Positions 15,170 through 31,910 of a DNA stretch of 64,000 bases are shown one piece after another (within the stretch, counting starts at the first letter, position 1; each line of letters begins with the position of its first letter). Source of the stretch: the human T2T-CHM13v2.0 reference genome, Homo sapiens. The notes beneath the pieces are model-generated. The model was not told the DNA's origin. It saw only the letters and a list, made by a program, of their open reading frames with translations, and did no database searches. Location of the stretch: positions 11,968,001 to 12,032,000 of the forward strand of contig CP068257.2 of NCBI GenBank assembly GCA_009914755.4, read 5' to 3'. The translations under genes were made by a program, and so were the position numbers.

Positions 15170-15530
15170 TTAGGTTAACACAGGGGTTTCCAATCCCCAG
15201 GCCACAGACCAGTACCAGTCCCTGGCCTGTTAGGACCTGGGCCACACAGCAAGAGGTTAGTGGTAGGGAGCAAGTGAAGCTTCATCTGTTTACAGCCACT
15301 CTCTGTCACTCACATTACCTTCTGAGCTCCTCCTCCTGTCAGATCAGCGGTGACATTAGATTGTCATAGGAGTGTGACTTGAACCCTATTGCAAGCTGCT
15401 CATGCATGGGATATAGGTTGTTCACTCCTTATGAGAATCTATTGCTTTCTGATCTGTCACCATCTCCTGTCACCCCTAGATGAGACCATCTAGTTGCAGG
15501 AAAACAAGCTGAGGGCTCCCACTGATTCTA
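15170..15530. mobile_element. Non-autonomous DNA-transposon-like interspersed repeat (MER-type, family not assigned)
   Basis: A motif recalled from human repeats, ...ctcctcctgtcagatcagcggtgacattagattgtcataggagtgtgacttgaaccctattgcaagctgctcatgcatgggatataggttgttcactccttatgagaatcta..., with an internal palindrome (cataggag ... tccttatgag). Confidence 0.35.
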
Positions 15531-15847
15531 CATGATGGCGAGTTATATAATTATTTCATTATATATTAGTAATAATAGAAATGAAGTGCACAATGTATGT
15601 AATGTGCTTGAATCATCCTGGAACCATCCCCCACCTCAGGTCCATGGAAAAATTATCTTCCACAAAACTAGTCCCTGGTGCCAACATGACTGTGAGAGCA
15701 GGTTTAACAGATGTGAAACCCCTTTGTCTTGTCTTGGATTAATGTGCAGATATACATTGTGTGAATGACATCTGATGGTGCCATCTTGCCCTGTAGATCA
15801 TTTTAGGGACACCTCCAGTATTTCATGAAAATTAAAATTTCTTCTAG

Positions 15848-15971
15848 TGATGAACAAAATGATACCCGGAAACAACTTTCTGAAGAACAGAACACTGGAA
15901 TATCACAAGATGAGATTCTGACTAATAAACAAAAGCAGATAGAAGTGGCTGAACAGAAAATGAATTCTGAG
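15848..15971 (+). CDS. POTE-family coding exon ((S)[41 protein letters not shown])
   Basis: Acceptor ttcttctag|tgatgaac; donor ctgag|gtatttt. Phase is consistent with the upstream exon (ag|t) and the downstream exon (LSLSHKK...). Strong similarity to POTE ...[42 protein letters not shown]. Confidence 0.8.
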
Positions 15972-16059
15972 GTATTTTCTTTAGTCATTTTCAAATGTTT
16001 TCATATGTGTATATATTTTTAAAAAGCTTTATTTTGGAAGGTATAAAGGATTTTTAAAT

Positions 16060-16135
16060 CACATATATACACACGTGTGTGTGTGTGTATATATATGTGT
16101 GTGTGTATATATATACACACACACACACACACACC
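16060..16135. repeat. (TG)n/(TA)n/(CA)n compound microsatellite
   Basis: acacgtgtgtgtgtgtgtatatatatgtgtgtgtgtatatatatacacacacacacacacac. Confidence 0.9.
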
Positions 16136-16856
16136 CTGTATATCCTTGGTCATATATTTATATATGTACATATAGGATAAAACCATGTTCTTAATTCAAC
16201 TGCATTTGCCTGCAACAGTCGAGTAGTGACCTTCACAATGGCCTCAATCCAAAGGAAAAGCATTTGATATTTTTCATAAGAATTGATTATCTTTCCAATA
16301 TCAAAAATAAGTTTTGCTACTAACAACAGATTTGCTAGTTTTGGGACATTAGTTCTTTTTAAAATATTAATAGAGAAGTCAGTTTGTTATTTTCACTAAC
16401 AGGAAAGTAGGAAATGTACAGCTGGGTCAGAGGCCACATTGTGGATGTCATTATCCTTGCTTTTGAGGAGAGGAACAGTTTGCTCCGAGTAGTTTCTCAT
16501 TTCAATGCAAAGAGCTTTGAAAACAATGACATGCCATGATACACATTTAGTGATAATTTATTGATAAGTATTTTGTTCCCAGATGAATAGTTCAGTATGT
16601 TTCCCCTATTTCACACTTACTACTACAATGTTTCAAACATTATAAAGAGGAAAGAAAAGTTATTGCAATGGCAAATAATCTCATGATTTCTAAGAAAAGC
16701 CTTGTAAGTTATATCTTATTTACCATTTGTATTTTGAAATAAAAGGTTTCTTTTATATTTATATATTTACACCACAGAAGCAACTGTGATTTTGTGGAGG
16801 ATCACTAGCAGTAGCATCAGAAGACCTGGCAAAAATCCTGCACGTTGCATATATAC

Positions 16857-16857
<1 letters not shown>

Positions 16858-16887
<30 letters not shown>

Positions 16888-17046
16888 TGTGTGTGTATTC
16901 TAGATGGAGTCTTGCACTGTCACCCACGCTGGAGTGCAGTGGCACAAACTCAGTTCACTGCAACCTCTGCCTCCCAGGTTCACACGATTCTCCTGCCTCA
17001 GCCTCCTGAAGTGCTGGGATTACAGGTGTGAGCCACTGGTCCTGGC
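16858..17046 (-). mobile_element. Alu right-arm fragment preceded by (GT)n
   Basis: gtgtgtgtgtgt... then gatggagtcttgcactgtcacccacgctggagtgcagtggcac...gggattacaggtgtgagccactggtcctggc. Confidence 0.8.
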
Positions 17047-17677
17047 TGCATATATTTTTTGACCTCTCCTTTTAAGAATCGTGATCCTAAATGAGTTGAG
17101 TGTTGTATGTAGAAGTGCAATGCTTAGATGCAGATGTGTACATTGTAGAAGGGTACAATGCTTAGATTTAACAGTTATGAATAAATGTAATGCTTACAAC
17201 TGACTGTAAAAATATTAGAAAAGCAGTATATTGATAAAACATTCCTCAGAAAAAGGAACTTAAAGAACTTTGAGGAATTGCTTCTGTCCTAATATATGCA
17301 TAGCTAAGGCTCTTATGATGGTGTGGTTTATAGGTTAGATATCAGAGTGTAAACCCAATTTAAAAAATGTAGCCAAATATATTAATCTTCTATTTTATGC
17401 CTCTGGGTTTTTTGTAATTCAGAGAAAGGCTTTTCCAATTCTGAAATTCTTAAAAATCCTCTAGTGATTTATTTTTCATGGTCTTTAGATAAATATTTCA
17501 ACTTTTTGGAATTTACACTCTTTTAGATTTGAAGTTTTGTCCAACTTTTTTCCAGTTAAATATCCACTATGGGAATTATTTCATTATACAAATATAAATG
17601 TCATTCTTTAATTTTAGAAGAAATCATGATATGTCATTCTATTGAGTGCTAACTAAAAGTTCCCTTTGTTTACTTAG

Positions 17678-17899
17678 CTTTCTCTTAGTCATAAGAAAGA
17701 AGAAGATCTCTTGCGTGAAAACAGCGTGTTGCAGGAAGAAATTGCCATGCTAAGACTGGAACTAGATGAAACAAAACATCAGAACCAGCTAAGGGAAAAT
17801 AAAATTTTGGAGGAAATTGAAAGTGTGAAAGAAAAGACTGATAAACTTCTAAGGGCTATGCAATTGAATGAAGAAGCATTAACGAAAACCAATATTTAA
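17678..17899 (+). CDS. POTE-family terminal coding exon, including the TAA stop at 17897-17899
   Basis: Acceptor tttgtttacttag|ctttctcttagtcataag. Encodes [73 protein letters not shown]. Close match to the POTE C-terminal helical segment ...EEALTKTSI recalled from POTE proteins. Confidence 0.8.
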   Translation, partial: LSLSHKKEEDLLRENSVLQEEIAMLRLELDETKHQNQLRENKILEEIESVKEKTDKLLRAMQLNEEALTKTNI

Positions 17900-18214
17900 G
17901 TACAGTGGACAGCTTAGGATTTTGACAACTGAGAATGCTCAGTTCTGAACTGGAGAGTGTAAGACACAGCTAGGAAACACTGGAAATGGAAATTCAATCA
18001 TGTCATTGTAGACTGACTACTGCTCTACATGATTGTGATCAAAGTCAGATAGCTGAAAGGGACTTCTTTCCAGAGAACAAACATGAACAGGTTTATTTAC
18101 AGGAGAAAATGAATTCTCATATATCTCACCTAAAAGATAACAGTGAGATTCTTTCTGAACAACTCTAACGCTGACAGTAAAATTAACAACCTAAAAATTA
18201 AGCTCCATCACACA
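17900..18214 (+). pseudogene. Degenerate continuation of ANKRD26-like coiled-coil coding sequence (presumed POTE 3' UTR)
   Basis: Out-of-frame translations resemble ANKRD26-family helical exons (MEIQSCHCRLTTALHDCDQSQIAERDF..., NSEILSEQL). They run uninterrupted up to the L1 junction at ~18215. Confidence 0.45.
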
Positions 18215-23301
<5,087 letters not shown>

Positions 23302-23588
23302 GTTAGCAGAAATGATTTTTTTTAACTTTTTTATTTTTATTTTTTACATAAGTGGTTGCATCTTTTGCTAGCCAAGGCCAAACTGAAGGAGTAGTGGTGG
23401 CGACCCAAAGTTAAGATTCTGCCCTGTTCACTACAGAAACCTGAGTTTGGTTCCTAAGTCTAGTTCTTTCTGTTTGATATTTGTGTTATTTTTAAAATAT
23501 CAGCAGTTTGTCCCAGCTATGATGTGGTAGTAAAAGATTCAGAAGTATTTTCTTTACAAGTTCTATGATGAAAAGCTTAATTAAAAGC

Positions 23589-25206
23589 AAATTTATTTTT
23601 TTAAAATTATACTTTAAGTTCTGGGGTACATGTGCAGAACATGCAGGTTTGTTACATACGTATACACATGCTATGGTGGCTTGCTGCATGCACCAACCCG
23701 TGATCTAATGCCATCCCTTTTCTAGCCCCCCACCCTGACAGGCCCTTGTGTGTGATGTTTCCCTTCCTGTGTCCATGTGTTCTCATTGTTCAGCTCCCAC
23801 TTATGAGTGAGATCATGTGGTGTTTGGTTTTCTGTTTTTGTGTTAGTTTGCTGAGAATGACAGTTTCCAGCTTCATCCATGTCCCTGCAAAGGATATGAA
23901 CTCATCCTTTTTTATGACTGCATAGTATTCCATGGTGTATATATGCCACATTTTCTTTATCCAGTCTATCATTGGTGGGTATTTGGGTTGGTTCCAAGTC
24001 TTTGCTGTTGTGAACACTGCCGCAATAAGCATACATGTGCATGTGTCTTTATATTGGAATGATTTATATTTTTTTGAGTATATACACTGTAATGGGATTG
24101 CTGGGTCAAATGGTATTTCTAGTTGTAGATCCTTGAGGAATCATCACATTGTCTTCCACGATGGTTGAACTGATTTATACTCCCACCAACAGTGTAAAAG
24201 CATTCCTATTTCTCCACATCCTCTCCAGCATCTGTTGTTTCCTGATTTTTTAATGATGGCCATTCCAAGTGGCGTAACATTGTATCTCATTATGGTTTTG
24301 AATTCCATTTCTCTAATGACCAGTGCTTTGCTTCACATGTTCGTTGGCTGCATAAATGTCTCCTTTGGGAAGTGTCTGTTCGTATCCTTTGCCCACTTTT
24401 TGATGGGGTTGTTTGTTTTTTTCTTGTAAATTTGTTTAAGTTTTTATAGATTCTGCGTATTAGCCCTTTGTCAGATGGATAGATTGCAACAATTTTCTCC
24501 CATTCTGAGGGTTGCCTGTTCACTCTGATGATAGTTTCTTTTGCTCTGCAGACATTCTTTAGTTTAATTAGATCCCATTTGTCAATTTTGGCTTTTGTTG
24601 CCATCTCTTTTGGTGTTCTAGTGATGAAGTCTTCGCCCATGCCTATGTCCTGAATGGTATTGCGTAACACAAGGACATTTCTGTGCCTGAATGCCATATC
24701 TCCCAAAGTAATTTATAGAATCAGTGCTATCTCCATCAAGCTACCATTGACTTTCTTCCCACAATTAGAAACACTACTTTAAATTTCATATGGAGCCAAA
24801 AAAGAGCTCGCATAGCCAAGACAATCCTAAGCAAAAAGAACAAGCTGGAGGCATCACAGTACCTGACTTCAAACTATTCTATAAGGCTACAGTAACCAAA
24901 ACAGCATGGTACTGGTACCAAACCAGATATATGGACAAATGGAACAGAACAGAGGCCTCAGAAATGACACCACACATCTAAAACCATCTGATCTTTGACA
25001 AACCTGACAAAAACAAGCAATGGGGAAAGGATTCCTTATTCAATAAATGGTGTTAGGAAAACTGGCTAGCCATATGCAGAAAACTGAAACTGGGCCACTT
25101 CCTTACACTTTATACAAAAATTAACTTAAGATGGATTGAAGAGTTAAACTTAAGACCTAAAACCATAAAAAACCTAGAAGAAAACCTAGGCCACCAAACT
25201 CAGGAG
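23589..25206 (-). mobile_element. Twin-primed L1 insertion: minus-strand 3' body (23589-24673) plus 5'-inverted segment in + orientation (24688-25206)
   Basis: Minus-strand part contains the L1 3' UTR in reverse complement (tttaagttctggggtacatgtgcagaacatgcaggtttgttacatacgtatacacatgc) and the ORF2 C-terminus (...[58 protein letters not shown]...). The + part encodes upstream ORF2 (...[56 protein letters not shown]...[11 protein letters not shown]). The two parts meet at the same L1 coordinate (..[12 protein letters not shown]). Confidence 0.8.
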
Positions 25207-25244
25207 AAATGTACTTGTAGTGAAATGCATGGTACAAACACACA

Positions 25245-28200
25245 TTCCCTGCTTCCTTAAGTGGATGAGGTTGGAGGCTGGTCCACCTGCTCCAGGTGGA
25301 TCCTTGCAGAGATGGCCGGTTGCTCTTTGAGCCAGCTTGGCCTTGCCTGGCATGCACAAGCCTCAGTGCAACAACTGTGTTACAAATGGAGCCACACAGA
25401 AAATGACCAGCAGGCTCAGTAGCAGGGTGTACATTGCCTTTGGGGCTCCAGTCCATGCCTCAGGGCTCATATGGCACTTTGGGCTTCTTGGTTGCCAAGA
25501 GGCAGATCACAGGCCATCTTGTGGAGGACTTTATGTTCAAGTGCAGAAAGCAGCCAGGATTACAACCTAGGGGACTCAGGCTTCTGTGACCCTGGCCAGA
25601 CTTAGAATTTGGTCCCAGGCATGACACGCTCACTCAGAGCAGCGTGTCAGTACCTGGGGCCTGTGCATGCCAGGCAAAGCCAAGCTGGCTAAAAGAGCAA
25701 CCAGACACCTCTGCAAGGGTGTGCCTAGAGCAGTTGGACCAGCCACCAATCTCACCCCCTCAACGAAGCCAGGATGGCCAGGTTCCCACAGCCTGAGTGG
25801 CTGCCACCTGATGGCTGATGGAGCAGAGGCCTGAGGAAAAGCAGATGGCACTGGGGCCCTACCTTTAGGGTAGAAGAACTGAGGTACCATGTCCGGCAGC
25901 GAGTGATGTTTGTGGCTGGTCCACCTGCTCCTGGCACACCCTTGCAGAGGTGGCTGGTTTCTCTTTGAGCCAGCTTGGCCTTGCCCAGCATGCACAAGTC
26001 TCAGTGCAACAACTGTTCTACAAATGGAACCACACAGAGGACATTAGAGGCAGGCTCAGGAGCAGGGTGTACACTGCCTTTGGTGCTCCAGTCCATGGCT
26101 CAGGGCTCGTATGGCACTGCGGACTTCTTGGTTGCCAAGAGGCAGACCACAGGCTGTCTTGAGGAGGACTTTATGTTCGAGTACAGAAAGCAGCAGGATT
26201 ACCACCCAGGGGACTTGGCGTTCTGTGGCCCTGACCAGACTTAGAATTTGGGCCAAGGCAGGACAAACTCACTCACAGCAGCATGTCAGTAGCTGGAGAC
26301 TATGCATGCCAGGCAAGGCCAAGCTGACTCAAATAGGAACCAGTCACCTCTGCAAGGGTGCACCTGGGACATGTGGAGCAGCCACCAACCTCAGCTACTC
26401 AAGGAAGTAGGGATGGCCAAGTTCCCACAGCCTGAGTGGCTGCCTCCTGATGGCTGATGGAGCAAAGGCCTGAGGAAAAGCAGATGGCACTGGGGCCCTA
26501 CCTCTAGGGTAGAAGAACTGATGTGCTCTGACCTGCAACAAGTGAGTTTGGTGGCTGCTCCACCGGCTCCTGGCACACGCTTGCAGAGGTGGCTGGTTGC
26601 TCTTTGAGCCAGCTTGGCCTTGCCTGGCATACACAAGCCTCATTGCAACATCTGTGCTAGGTATGGAGTCACAGAGAGGAAATGAGCAGCAGGCTCAGGA
26701 GCAGGGTGTGCGCTGCCTTTGGGGCTCCAGTCCATGCCTCAGGGCTCGTGTGGCACTGTGGGCTTCTTCGTTGCCAAGATGCAGACCACAGGCCATCTTG
26801 AGGAGGACTTTATGTTCAAATGCAGAAAACAGCCAGTATCACCACCCAGGGGCTCTGCCTTCTGTGGCCCTGGCCAGATTTAGAATTTGGCCCCAGGCAG
26901 GGCAACCTCACTCGGAGCAGTGTGTCAGTAGCTGGGGCCTGTGCATGCCAGGCAAGGCCAAGGTGGCTCGAAGAGCAACCAGCCACCTCTGCAAGGGTGC
27001 ACCTGGAGCAGGTGGAGCAGCCACCAACCTCACCCACTCAAGGAAGTAGGGATGGCCAGGTTCCCACAGCCTGCATGTCTGCGTCCTGATGGCTGATGGA
27101 GCAGAGGCCTGAGGAAAAGCAGATGGCACTGGGGCTCTACCTCTAGGGTAGAAGAACTGATGTACCCTGACTGGCTGCGAGTGAGGTTGGTGGCTGGTCC
27201 ACCTGCTCCTGGCACACCCTTGCAGAGGTGGCTGGTTGCTCTTTGAGCCAGCTTGGCCTTACCCAGCATGCACAAGCCTCAGTACATCAACTGTGCTACA
27301 AATGGAGCCACACAGAGAAAACAGAGCAGCAGGCTCAGGAGCAGGGTGTGTGCTGCGTTTGGGGCTCCAGTCAATGCCTTGGGGCTAGTATGGCTCTGTG
27401 GGCTTCTTGGTTGCAAAGAGGCAGACCACACGCCATCTTGAGGAGGACTTTATGTTCAAGTGCAGAAAGCAGCCAGGATTACCACCCAGGGGACTCTGCC
27501 TTCTGTGGCCCTGACTGGACTTAGAATTTGGCCTAATACAGGACAAGCTCACTCAGAGCAGCATCTCAGTAGCTGGAGCCTGTGCATGCCAGTCAAGGCC
27601 AAGCTGTCTCAAAGAGCAACCAGCCACCTCCGCAAGGGTGTGCCTGGAGAAGATGTAGCAGCCATCAAACTGACCCACACAAGGAAGCACGGATGGCCAG
27701 GTTCCAACAGTCTGACTGGCTGCCACCTGGAGACTGATGGAGCAGAGGCCTGAGGAAAAGCAGATGGCACTGGGGCCCAACCTCTATGGGAGAAGAACTG
27801 ATGTGCCCCAACCGGCAGCGAGTGAGTTTAGTGTCTGCTCCACCGGCTCCTGGCACACCCTTGCGGAGGTGGCTGGGTACTCTTTGAGCCAGCTTGGCTT
27901 CGCTCGGTATGCACAAGCCTCAGTGCAACAACTGTGCTACAAATGGAGCCACAGAGAGGAAATGAGCAGCAGGATCAGGAGCATGGTGTGCACTGCCTTT
28001 GAGGCTCCAGTCCATGTCTCAGGGCTCATATGGCACTGCGGGCTTCTTCATTGCCAAGGGGCAGACCACAGGTCGTCTTGAAGAGGACTTTGTGTTCAAA
28101 TGCAGAAAGCAGCCAGCATTACCACCCAGGGGACTCTGCCTTCTGTGGACCTGACCAGACTTAGAATTTGGGCCAAGGCAGGACAAGCTCACTCAGAGGA

Positions 28201-29053
28201 GCGTGTCAGTAGCTGGGGCCTCTGCATGCCAGGCAAGGCCAAGCCGGCTCAAAGAGCAACCAGCCACCTTTGCAGGGGTGCACCGGGAGCAGGTGGAGCA
28301 GCCACCAACCTCGGCTACTCAAGGAAGCAAGGATAGGCAGGTTCCCACAGCCTGTGTGGCTGCCTCCTGATGGCTGATGGAGCAGAGGCCTCAGGAAGAG
28401 CAGATGGCACTGGGGCCCTACCTCTAGGGTAGAAGAACTGATGTGCCGTGTCTGGCAGGCAGCGAGTGAGGTTGGTGGCTGGTCTACCTGCTCCTGTCAC
28501 ACCCTTGCAGAAGTGGCTGGTTGCTCTTTGAGCCAGCTTGTCCTTGCCCAGCATGCACAAGCCTCAGTACAACAGCTGTGCAAATGGAGCCACACACAGG
28601 GAATTAGCAGCAGGCTCAGGAGCAGGGTGTTCACTGCCTTTGGGGCTCTAGTCCATGCCTCTGAGCTTATATGGCACTGCAGGCTTCTTGGTTGCCAAGA
28701 GGCAGACCACAGGCCGTCTTGAGGAGGACTTTATGTTCAAGTGCAGAAAAAAGTCAGGATTACCACCCAGGGGACTCGCCTTTCTGTGGCCCTGGCCAGA
28801 CTTAGAATTTGGCCCCAGGCAGGACAAGCTTACTCAGAGCAGCGTGTCAGTAGCTGGGGCCTGTGCATGCCAGGCAAGGCCAAGCTGGCTCAAAGAGCAA
28901 GCAGCCACCTCTGCAAGCATGCTCCTCATGCAGTTGGACCAGCCTTTAACTTCACCCACTCAGAGAAGCATGGATGGCCAGGTTCCAACAGCCTGAATGG
29001 CTGCCACCTGATGGCTGATGGAGCAGAGTCCTGAGGAAAAGCAGATGGCACTG
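25245..29053. repeat. Tandem array, period ~638 bp, about 6 units, moderately diverged
   Basis: Landmark ggctggtccacctgctcc.ggcacaccc.ttgcagag.tggctggttgctctttgagccagcttggccttgcc..gcatgcacaagcctcagtgcaacaactgtg recurs near 25278, 25915, 26553, 27190, 27830 and 28478. The ORF track shows the same ~80-aa pseudo-ORFs (MCMLGKAKLAQRATSHLCKGVPGAGG...) recurring on both strands at this period. Confidence 0.85.
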
Positions 29054-29650
29054 CTTTGTAATGCCCTTCTTTGTCTCTTTTGATCTTTTCCATTTAAAGT
29101 TTGTTTTATCAGAGACTAGGATTGCAACCCCCTTTTTTTTTTTTCCTTTTCATTTTCTTGGTAAATATTCCTCCATCCCTTTATTTTGAGCCTGTGTGTG
29201 TCTTTGCATGTGAGATGGGTCTCCTGAATACAGTACACCAATGGGTCTTGAGTCTTTTTCCAACTTGCCAGTCTGTGTCTTTTTACTGGGGCATTTAGCC
29301 CAGTTACGTTTAAGGTTAATATTGTTACATGTGAAATTTATCCTGTCATGATGTTGTTAGGTGTTTATTTTTCCCATTAGTTAATGCAGTTTCTTTATAG
29401 TGTCGATGGTCATTACAATTTGGTATGTTTTTGCAGTGGCTCATACTGTTTGTCCCTTTCCATGTTTAGTGCTTCCTTCAGGAGCTCTTGTAAGAATGTG
29501 GATTTATTTCTTGTAAGGCAAATATGTGGATTTATATCTGGGTGCTGTATTCTATGGCCTCTACCCCAAGAGTCATTACTTTTAAAAATGCAATTCAAAT
29601 TAGCATAAAACATTTACAGCCTAGGGAAAGGCTTATGGCATTAGAATCCT
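29054..29650 (-). mobile_element. L1 fragment (ORF1 C-terminus to ORF2 N-terminus) in inverted orientation, truncated by the tandem array
   Basis: Reverse complement of 29054-29160 reads ...aaaagatcaaaagagacaaagaagggcattacaaag (L1 ORF2 ...KIKRDKEGHY). Minus-strand ORF 29413-29613 gives ...TFLQELLKEALNMERDKQYEPLQKHTKL (ORF1 C-terminus). Confidence 0.8.
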
Positions 29651-29669
29651 TATTTATAGGATTATTTTG

Positions 29670-29966
29670 TGTTTTTTTGAGATATGGTCTCTGTCTGTCA
29701 TCCAGGCAGAAGTGGAGTGGCTTGGTCATAATTCACTGCAGCCCTGAACTCTGAGTCCAAGCCATCCTTGTGCCTTAGTCTCCCAACTAGCTGGATCTAC
29801 AAGCATAAGTCACCATGGCTGGCTAATTTAAAAAAAAAATTTTTTTTGTCGAGATTATGTTATCACTATGTTGCTCTGGCTGGTTTCAAATTCCTGGCCT
29901 CAAGTAATCTTTCTGCCACAGCCTCCTATAGTGCTGGGATTACAGGCATGAGCCACCATGCCTAGC
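29670..29966 (-). mobile_element. Alu SINE (older, diverged)
   Basis: tttttttgagatatggtctctgtctgtcatccaggcagaagtggagtggc ... gtgctgggattacaggcatgagccaccatgcctagc. Confidence 0.85.
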
Positions 29967-30418
29967 ATAGAGTATTACATTATTTTCAAAGTCTTATTCT
30001 AAGAGCCATTTATTGACTTTGGCCTAAATAACTCAATATTATATCTCTGAAACTTTTTTTGACAAATTTTGGGGCATGATGATGAGAGAAAGGGGTTTGA
30101 AACTTTCTAATAAGAGTTAACGTAGAGCCATTTAAGGAGGAACAGACACAAATTATCAGAAAAATAAAAGAAAGATCAAGTGCAAAAGTTCTGTGGCAAA
30201 GATGATGATAGTAAAGAATATATGTGACTTATGGTGGCTTTTACTTTGTTCTTGAATTTCTGAGTAATTTAAGGGTTAACATTTAAAGAATCTACATTAT
30301 AGATAACATTTTATTGCAAGTAAATGTATTTCAAAATTTGTTATTGGTTTTGTATGAGATTATTCTCAGCCTACTTCATTTTCAAGCTATATTATTTTAT
30401 TAATGTAGTTTGATGATC

Positions 30419-30720
30419 TTACAGCAGAGCTGGAAGCTGTATCTTCAAAATATGTCTGTTTGACTCAAAACAATCAAGGTATTCAACAGGAGTTATTATG
30501 TATGAAAAAATACAACAGGAATGTAAAAAACTTGAGGCTAAAAAGATGTTGGAAGAAGTAATATTAAATCTTAAAAAACGTATGGAAAGTACACATTGGT
30601 GAAGACACATTGGTGAAGTACAAAAATATAAATTGGATCTAGAAGAAAAGGCAATGCAGGCAATGGAAAAATTAGTACAAATCCCTTTACAGGTTAGTTT
30701 GTAAAATCAGGTAAGTTTAT
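30419..30720 (+). pseudogene. Degenerate ANKRD26/POTE-like coiled-coil exon remnant(s)
   Basis: Frameshifted translation KYVCLTQNNQGIQQELLCMKKYNRNVKNLRLKRCWKK... resembles the ANKRD26-family helical region (...QVLQEELLSMK...KCEKLQKNKKKLEQEVVNLK... from memory). Exon-like edges (..cctttacag|gttagt). Confidence 0.35.
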
Positions 30721-30967
30721 TTATAATGTGCTTTCATTTATTTCACTGCAAATTATATTTTGGAGATTATATATATATATATATCGTGTTTCCTCTGCCT
30801 CTCTTATAGTAATTTGCCTTGTGGAGTTCTAGCAAAGAGGTGGCTTCTGTTTTTACTTTTATATGTTTAAATTTCCATCATTATAACAAAATCGATTTTT
30901 CACAGTAATGATTCTCAGTGTGGAGTCATTTGATTATTAAGACCCATTGACATGAGATTACATCCTC

Positions 30968-31432
30968 TGCCTATAAAAATCCTGGAAGAAAACCTAGGAA
31001 ATATTCATCTGGACATTGCACTTGGCAATGAATTTATGGGTAAGTCCTCAAAAGCAATTGCCAGAAAAATGAAAATTGACAAATATGATTTAATTAAACT
31101 AAAGAGCTGCTTCTACACAGCATGAGAAACTCTCAAGGGATTGAGCAGACAGCCTACAGAATGGAAGAAAATATTCACACACTATGCATACAGCAAAGGC
31201 CTATTATCCAGAAGCCATAAGAGACTTATGCAAATCAACGAGCAAAAAATAAATAACCCCATTAAAAAATGGGCAAAGAACATAAACAGACAGTTTTCAG
31301 AAGAACACATATGTGGCCAACAAACATATTAACACATGCATACCATCACTAATCATCAGAGAAATGCAAAACAAAACAGCAGTGAAATACCATCTCACAC
31401 CAGTTAGAATGACTTCTGTTAAAAAGGAAAAA
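30968..31432 (+). mobile_element. Old L1 ORF2 C-terminal fragment
   Basis: cctataaaaatcctggaagaaaacctagg... encodes ...LEENLGNIHLDIALGNEFMGKSSKAIARKMKIDKYDLIKLKSC...[39 protein letters not shown]...MQNKTAVKYHLTPVRMTSVKK. Confidence 0.8.
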
Positions 31433-31575
31433 TAATAAAAATATTTAAATATTTAATATTAAAATATCATTTAGATTGAGATAAATTAATTTGTCATTAT
31501 TAATTCTCAAAACATGGATATTTAAGAATAACCTTACTTCACATGTAATAACAACTACCTTAAAAACTAAAAGCT

Positions 31576-31910
31576 GGGGCCTGGTATGGTGTCTCAAGTC
31601 TGTAATCCCAGCACTTTGGGAAGCTGAGGTGGGCCGATCATGAGGCCAGGAGTTTGAGACAAGCCTGGCCAACATGGTGAAACCCCGTCTCTACTAAAAA
31701 TACAAAAATTAGCTGGGCATGGTGGTGGGCACCTGTAATCCCAGCTACTCAGGAGGCTGAGGCAGGAGAATTCATTGGAACCCTGGGAGGCGGAGGTGGT
31801 TGCAGTGAGCTGAGATCACACCATTGCACTGCAGCCTGGGCAACAGGGCAAGACTCCATCTCAAAAAAATAAAATAAATAAAATTAAATGAATAAAAACA
31901 AATAAATAAA
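31576..31910 (+). mobile_element. Alu SINE with A-rich tail
   Basis: ggcctggtatggtgtctcaagtctgtaatcccagcactttgggaagctgaggtgggc...gcactgcagcctgggcaacagggcaagactccatctcaaaaaaataaaataaa. Confidence 0.9.

Noticed and set aside
25245-29053. Recurrent 80-150-aa ORFs on both strands across the tandem array (MCMLGKAKLAQRATSHLCKGVPGAGG..., MALPSMHK...)
   Set aside because: They are periodic because the DNA is periodic. Opposite-strand ORFs overlap, there is no codon-position bias or known homology, and the units are diverging freely.
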